Source of the DNA: a virus
DNA length: 64,000 bases
Virus record (IMG/VR): IMGVR_UViG_3300037245_001320
Location: 1-64,000 of that record
Strand: one strand, 5' to 3'
The translations under genes and the position numbers were made by a program. This document shows, piece after piece, positions 58,455 to 64,000 of the stretch. Each line of letters starts with the position of its first letter. The stretch's first letter is position 1. The notes beneath the pieces were generated by a model that saw nothing but the letters and a program-made list of their open reading frames with translations, made no database searches and had not been told where the DNA came from.

Positions 58455-61400
58455 ATGAATATTGCATACATAGTAAAAACTAGAAAAAACAAGTACCGAC
58501 CATTTGTTGGTACTCCAGTTAAGGATGATGACGATAGCTTTATGAACGTTTTAGCTAGTGGAGAACTTATGCTGGAATTGAAAGAAGCCCAAGATTTTAT
58601 TACATCTAACCGAGAAGGTATAGACAGAATTTATTTAAATCCTGTTCCCTCTGGTATGGTAGGTATTTCATGGATGAGTGAAATTGAGTCTGCAAACTCT
58701 TAGTAGGAATAAATAAAGGAGAAAATATATGAAACATCTAAGAAAATTAAATAAGAAAAAGAAGAGTATAAAAGAGATCATTAAAGAAGAGATCTTAAAC
58801 AATCTAACTATCTCAGTTAGTACAGAAGGCAGGTACGAAGATGAATCCTTTTATGTTTCAGTATCTGTATATTTAGATTATGATGGAGAACCCATATGTG
58901 ATGGTTACGATAGTGTATCAGTTTAGAGAGGAGAACCCATGCCAGTAACAACAGTAACAAGGACATTAACAAAAAGAGAATTAAACAAATTGAAAAAGAA
59001 GAGAGAATCATATAGAAGAAAGCTTATTAAGAAGTTTAGAAAGGAGAGAATGAAGTGAACCACAAATTATCAGAAAATGCAATAAACCAAAGTTTTATCA
59101 ATTCAGATCTTCCTATAGACCAATGGGAAGGATATTTATATGCATGTAGACAATTCAATATTATAAAACAACCCACATACAAGAAGCATATTCTGATAGA
59201 AATAGGAGGATCACAAGGATTCTTTGGAAGTCATACTCCACGAGCTTATGCAGGAAAAACAGATGGTTATCAGTTTAGAGACAGTTTAGGACAAGATATA
59301 ATGAGAAATCCAGCTTCTATAACATTAAGATATGCAGACAATGTTTATGCTGTTAATGCTAATTTCTTTTATGGGTTATTCTCATTAACAGTACAAAGTA
59401 TAGGAAAGGAGAAGTTCTTATCTATTTTGTATTTACCTGAGGATTTTGATTTTCAAGTATGTTTAAATGAAGCGTTGAGAATGATGGAAGACAAATCAGA
59501 AATATTTAAAGATTGCAGGAGAAAAAATGAACTACAAAACAATATCAACAACAGTAATGCATCCAAACATCTACGGAGGTAAAGAATGTAACGAGCATAT
59601 ACCCCAATGGAGAGGGCATTTTTATGATGAAGAGAATACTGATTTAGAAAGTATAGAGCTTAATCCAAAAGCCTTCCCAGCAGGCACGAGGATCACCATA
59701 CAAGTACCTTTATGCCCTAAATGTAATATGGAGCAAGAGATGTGTGAATGTGGCTTTGATTGGGTTGCTTGGACGGAGTGTAATTATGGGTAATAACAAA
59801 CTTATTCCTACAGCTATTAAAATGATAAATGGAGAGTTTAGCAGTTTTAATAACAGAGGTGTCATAGATCATTCCTATTTAAGAGGATGGATGAATACCA
59901 TAAATGACTGTTTAGATTCCTTTACAAATTGCTGGGGTATTAGAGAAGGTAAAGCTTTTCATGAATTCCGAGAAGATAGAAAAACACTCCGAAATTATGC
60001 CCTAGACCTAGCGAGAGAATGGGTAAAAGAAAACATAGATGAAGTATCTTGGGCATATGATGAACTAGAGGAAGATCGGAAGGAATGGTTAAAGACTAAT
60101 AGGAAGGAGAAATAATGCTAAGTTTTAAAGAAGAAAAAACAGTAGTTGAAAATAATAAACAAAGGTTAGATAACATATATAAAACTATTCCTAGAAGTAC
60201 CAAACTACTAGGACAAATTCAAGAGGCCTACTATAAATTAGAACAAGTAGAGGAAGATCTTGTGAAAGAAATAAAAGAGTTAGAACTAAAGCAAAGACAG
60301 GAGATGCATCATTTAAAACGAAAACCTTCTTATCTAGTAAGTGATATACACTTTTTTACACAAGAATATGATAAAGCTTTATTAGAGGAGAAACTATGAG
60401 TATAGATTTAGAATGTGATGAAGATCAAGAAAATTATAATATATCAATACAGGATATTATAGATAGATGCAAGAAAGAATTTGGAGAAGAGGTAGATTTA
60501 AATAAATTAAGATTGAACACTTCTTATCAACAATATGCCTGCTTTGGATATGATCTATACGATTCAGGAGATTATATGTGTTATACGGAAATAAAGTACA
60601 AGGAGAACAAATGAAAACATTTATAGAACTAGTATCAGAGGATGGAATAAAAACCATAGAAAGAACAGATAGGATTAGAACGTTAGAACCATTAGGAAAG
60701 TTCTGTAGAATATGGTGGGAACCTGATCAAGTTACAGAGGAGTTTAACGAAACAGGAACAGATTATACCACACCCTACGAAGAAGTAAGAAAAATACTAC
60801 TGGATATAGAAGAATGATAGTTTCCTCAGCAGTACAATTAGAAGATGGTAGAGTGTTTGTGGGTAGAAGACACGGTGATTGTTATACCCATATGATGGAG
60901 GTATTAAATTTATCCTTAAATGAGGTTCCAATAGATAACTCTGTACAAGGATTCCAAACAGATTTCCAAGTGTTCCTAAATAGAGAAGATGGTTACTATC
61001 ATGCTAGAAAATACAATCAATGTAAGGAACAATTTTGGAAAGAAACTAATTACACTAATGGGCTAGGAAACACTAAGGAAGAAGAATGGTCACCTTGTTT
61101 GATTTCAGAGCATTTATGGCAGGAGGATTTTAAATGAACAAAGGAATAGAAGCATTAAATAAAATACTATTAGAAGTCCAAGATATGTCTCCTGAAGAGT
61201 ATATGGAATTGTATAACCAATCAGAAGCAAGATTAGAAAGACCAAACAGAATAAAGAGAACACCAGAAGAAATAAAGGAATTTAATCTAAATATGGGAGC
61301 TCTTATAGAGAAGACAACAGCACTGGAAATAGAGCACTTAAAGAATAAAGGTATTACTTGGTGTAAAAACCCTAAGTGTAATTATGAAGTCTCCTCAACA

Positions 61401-62512
61401 CTAAATATATGTACTAAGTGTGGGGCAATACAAGATAAGAAAGAAAAGTTAACTAAAGAAGAATCCAAAAAGATTGATGAGGAAATAGACAAGGTTTTAG
61501 AAAAAGCTGAAATATTATTTAAGAAAGGTAAGAGAATAAAGATAGATAGAGTGCCTCATGTATTTTAACATATTATAAAGGAGAAAGGAGTAGACTTATG
61601 AAATACACAAAAGAACAAACCATACAAAGAATTAAAGATCTTAATATAACTGATATACACATAGATGGAGGGAATACCTCAACAGATTCATTAGAGGTAA
61701 TAAATGATGTCTTAGATACAATTGAATCAGCCAATAAACATTTCTGTTCTTTTGAAGAATTAAAAGAGAGATTAGGAATACACAACAGTTGTAAGAATCC
61801 TAAGTGTAATTATGAAGTTCTGCCAACATTAAATATATGTACTAAGTGTGGAACAATTCAAGATAATAAGGAGAAAAAATGAAAACACTTACAGGAAAGA
61901 TAGAATACATAGGAAATTCAATAATAGTTCACTGCTACTTTACAGCAGGGTACATAATTAACCCAGAGTATGCTAATAGTAAAGAAGAAGCTAATAGTAT
62001 TTTAAAAGAGGAATTAACAGAGTTAGTAGACGAGCTAAGAACAGATCTAATTCATTATGAATACAATATTAAGTTCTCAGAGAGTCCCATAGTTCCCTTT
62101 CGAGTATCCCATCCTAATGAAGACAACAAGATGCCTATAAACACCTACATGGACGATGATGGGTTAGTTGGACAATTGTTATTTGGGAATAGTTTATTTA
62201 TAGAATCAGGAGATGTATCTGAAGGTAAAGAGAAATTGTTATTAGATATTAAAGAACATGTTAAAGAGGTTTATGCTTATTTAATAGATGATGCTTATGT
62301 TATGATAGAAGAAGAGTGCATAGATGAATAGATACATATTCATAAAAACTGTAGAGCCTCTATGTGAGAAATGTTGTTTTGTAGAGGATTCTGTAGCTAA
62401 ATGTAATGAGAATATATTAAAAGCTATAAAAGATTGTGGAGTTAATTGTTTGAAGATCCACGGGTATTACTCTGTGGTTGATGATAGTTGTTTGAAGAAG
62501 GGGAATGCATGA
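58455..62512 (+). other. Run of small hypothetical genes
   Basis: Coupled RBS-led ORFs; promoter at about 58402-58430. Confidence 0.55.
61362..61875 (+). repeat. About 85-bp imperfect direct repeat encoding a Zn ribbon in two adjacent genes (61362-61447 and 61790-61875)
   Basis: CKNPKCNYEV..TLNICTKCG.IQD.KEK in 61134..61568 and 61598..61882. Confidence 0.85.
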
Positions 62513-63186
62513 ATTATAGTTGGAGATTTAACAAAGAAGTTGTAGGGGAATTCGATGAACATGTAAGACAATCCGTTCCATTATATGAGGTATTTCATGC
62601 CTCAATTTTGGATCTAGCCAAATATTACATAACCCCCAATTCTGATATTATCGATGTAGGCACATCCACAGGACATTTTATAAATTCCATATATGAAGAT
62701 AAGTTAGATAGAAATAATAAGTATGTAGGAGTAGACATAGAACCTGATATGATTACAGAGTGTAGAGAGAGGTATAAGGATAAAGATATCTCATTTATAC
62801 TATCAGATGCTATTGAAGTGGACTACAAGAATGCAAGTGTGATAACTTTAATATTACTTCTACAGTTTATGAAGAAGCCAGAGAGAATAAAGTTGTTACA
62901 ACATATACACGACTCAGTTAAGATAGGCACAGCTCTGTTTATAGTGGAGAAAATAAAAACACCTAACTTAGATATACATGATATGTATGTGGATGTTTAT
63001 TATGACTTCAAAAGATCACAAGGGTTATCTGATACAGAAATACTAGATAAGAATACCTCATTAAGAGGTGTGATGTTTCCCGAGACTCTACCTGAGATCT
63101 TACGTATTCTAGACTTCATTGGGTTTGACACAGAGGTTAATGTTAAGTATAACAACTTTGCCAGTATAATAGCGGTAAAGAGATAA
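62509..63186 (+). CDS. CmoA-like SAM-dependent enzyme (carboxy-SAM synthase family)
   Basis: WRF..V..FDEHVRQSVPLY, DVGTSTG, NAS..LQF, EK, DFKR.QG.S..EI..K..L.GVM. Confidence 0.8.
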   Translation: MNYSWRFNKEVVGEFDEHVRQSVPLYEVFHASILDLAKYYITPNSDIIDVGTSTGHFINSIYEDKLDRNNKYVGVDIEPDMITECRERYKDKDISFILSDAIEVDYKNASVITLILLLQFMKKPERIKLLQHIHDSVKIGTALFIVEKIKTPNLDIHDMYVDVYYDFKRSQGLSDTEILDKNTSLRGVMFPETLPEILRILDFIGFDTEVNVKYNNFASIIAVKR

Positions 63187-63195
63187 AGGAGAAAT

Positions 63196-64000
63196 ATGAT
63201 AAGACAAATATTAAAAAACACCATAAAGGCACAATTAGAAATAGATTCTAATCCAGCTCTGTTACTTAGTGGAGGATTAGATAGCCTTTCTATATTATTG
63301 GCCTGCTTAGACATAGGATTTAAACCCCATTGCTATACATTCTATTTAGATAATTATATTTCAGAAGATCTACTTTCGTGTAGAAAACTGAGAGATATTT
63401 ATGGATTTAAGTTAACAGAAGTAGTTATAAATACAAGTGAAGTAGATGTGTACAGGGATTGTATAGATATATTAAGAGAACATGCTCATTTGGAACACAC
63501 GACTAAGCACACAAAAACTTTTGTTCAATGTTACCAGCCCATGTTGTATTTGCTTCCATATATAACAGAGACAACTGTTTTATCGGGTATATTTGGGGAC
63601 ACTCTTCAGTTTAACTCAAGAAAATTTGCTGTAGCAAGCAAGAACATGCCCTACACAGAACTAAATGACATAAGAATAAATAAATTAAAGAATCCCTACT
63701 CCAATAGCTACAAACCTGTTTATGACTTGTTTGCTAGAGAGTATAAAATTTTTAAAGCTGTCTATTTAGAAAAAAATGTACAGGATTACTTTTTAGAAAA
63801 AAATTACCTAGCTTGTATGAAACCTAAGAGGAAGAACTTAGTATATGAATCTTTTAAAGATGAAATAGATAAGTATAAACTATATCGAACACCTTCAGGA
63901 TATCAGGTAAATAGTCATATTAGAGAATGGCATGATGATGCTTTATTAAATAATACAGAAATTAATATAAATAATAACAAAGCTGTAATAGGAATATACA
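63196..64000 (+). CDS. Asparagine-synthetase-like PP-loop ATP pyrophosphatase (runs off the window end)
   Basis: AAGGAG RBS; MIRQILKN..LLLSGGLDS..CYTF..SG..GD; no glutaminase domain at the N-terminus. Confidence 0.7.
   Translation, partial: MIRQILKNTIKAQLEIDSNPALLLSGGLDSLSILLACLDIGFKPHCYTFYLDNYISEDLLSCRKLRDIYGFKLTEVVINTSEVDVYRDCIDILREHAHLEHTTKHTKTFVQCYQPMLYLLPYITETTVLSGIFGDTLQFNSRKFAVASKNMPYTELNDIRINKLKNPYSNSYKPVYDLFAREYKIFKAVYLEKNVQDYFLEKNYLACMKPKRKNLVYESFKDEIDKYKLYRTPSGYQVNSHIREWHDDALLNNTEININNNKAVIGIY

Noticed and set aside
61362-61875. DGR template/variable repeat pair
   Set aside because: Mismatches are not confined to adenines and no reverse transcriptase is present in the window

Overview
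This window is part of a large, AT-rich, tailed dsDNA bacteriophage genome. Almost all genes lie on the + strand, and most are short hypothetical ORFs with AGGAG RBSs, sigma70-type promoters and intrinsic terminators. Recognisable genes are a BCS1-like AAA ATPase, a tyrosine recombinase, a degraded chemoreceptor (Cache-TM-HAMP) and an intact CheD, KilA-N, a GIY-YIG fused to a catalytically dead recombinase fold, NAD-dependent DNA ligase, an MmcB-like nuclease, small terminase, an HNH endonuclease, RtcB, and a CmoA-like plus asparagine-synthetase-like pair. Main structural observations: (1) The large terminase (about 513 aa when spliced) is split into 5 exons by four ORF-less group I introns, each inserted in a conserved motif. 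(2) The free-standing HNH directly downstream has a highly structured leader RNA whose bulge and loop are complementary to upstream parts of the same leader. (3) A very AT-rich module of about 12.9 kb (20.3-33.2 kb) is bracketed by mirror-image arrays of 14-bp palindromes with a 19-bp period. It could be a terminal repeat, first-injected region or invertible segment. (4) A conserved 23-bp non-sigma70 promoter motif precedes KilA-N, terS and the HNH. All family assignments come from motif recognition by eye; no searches were run.
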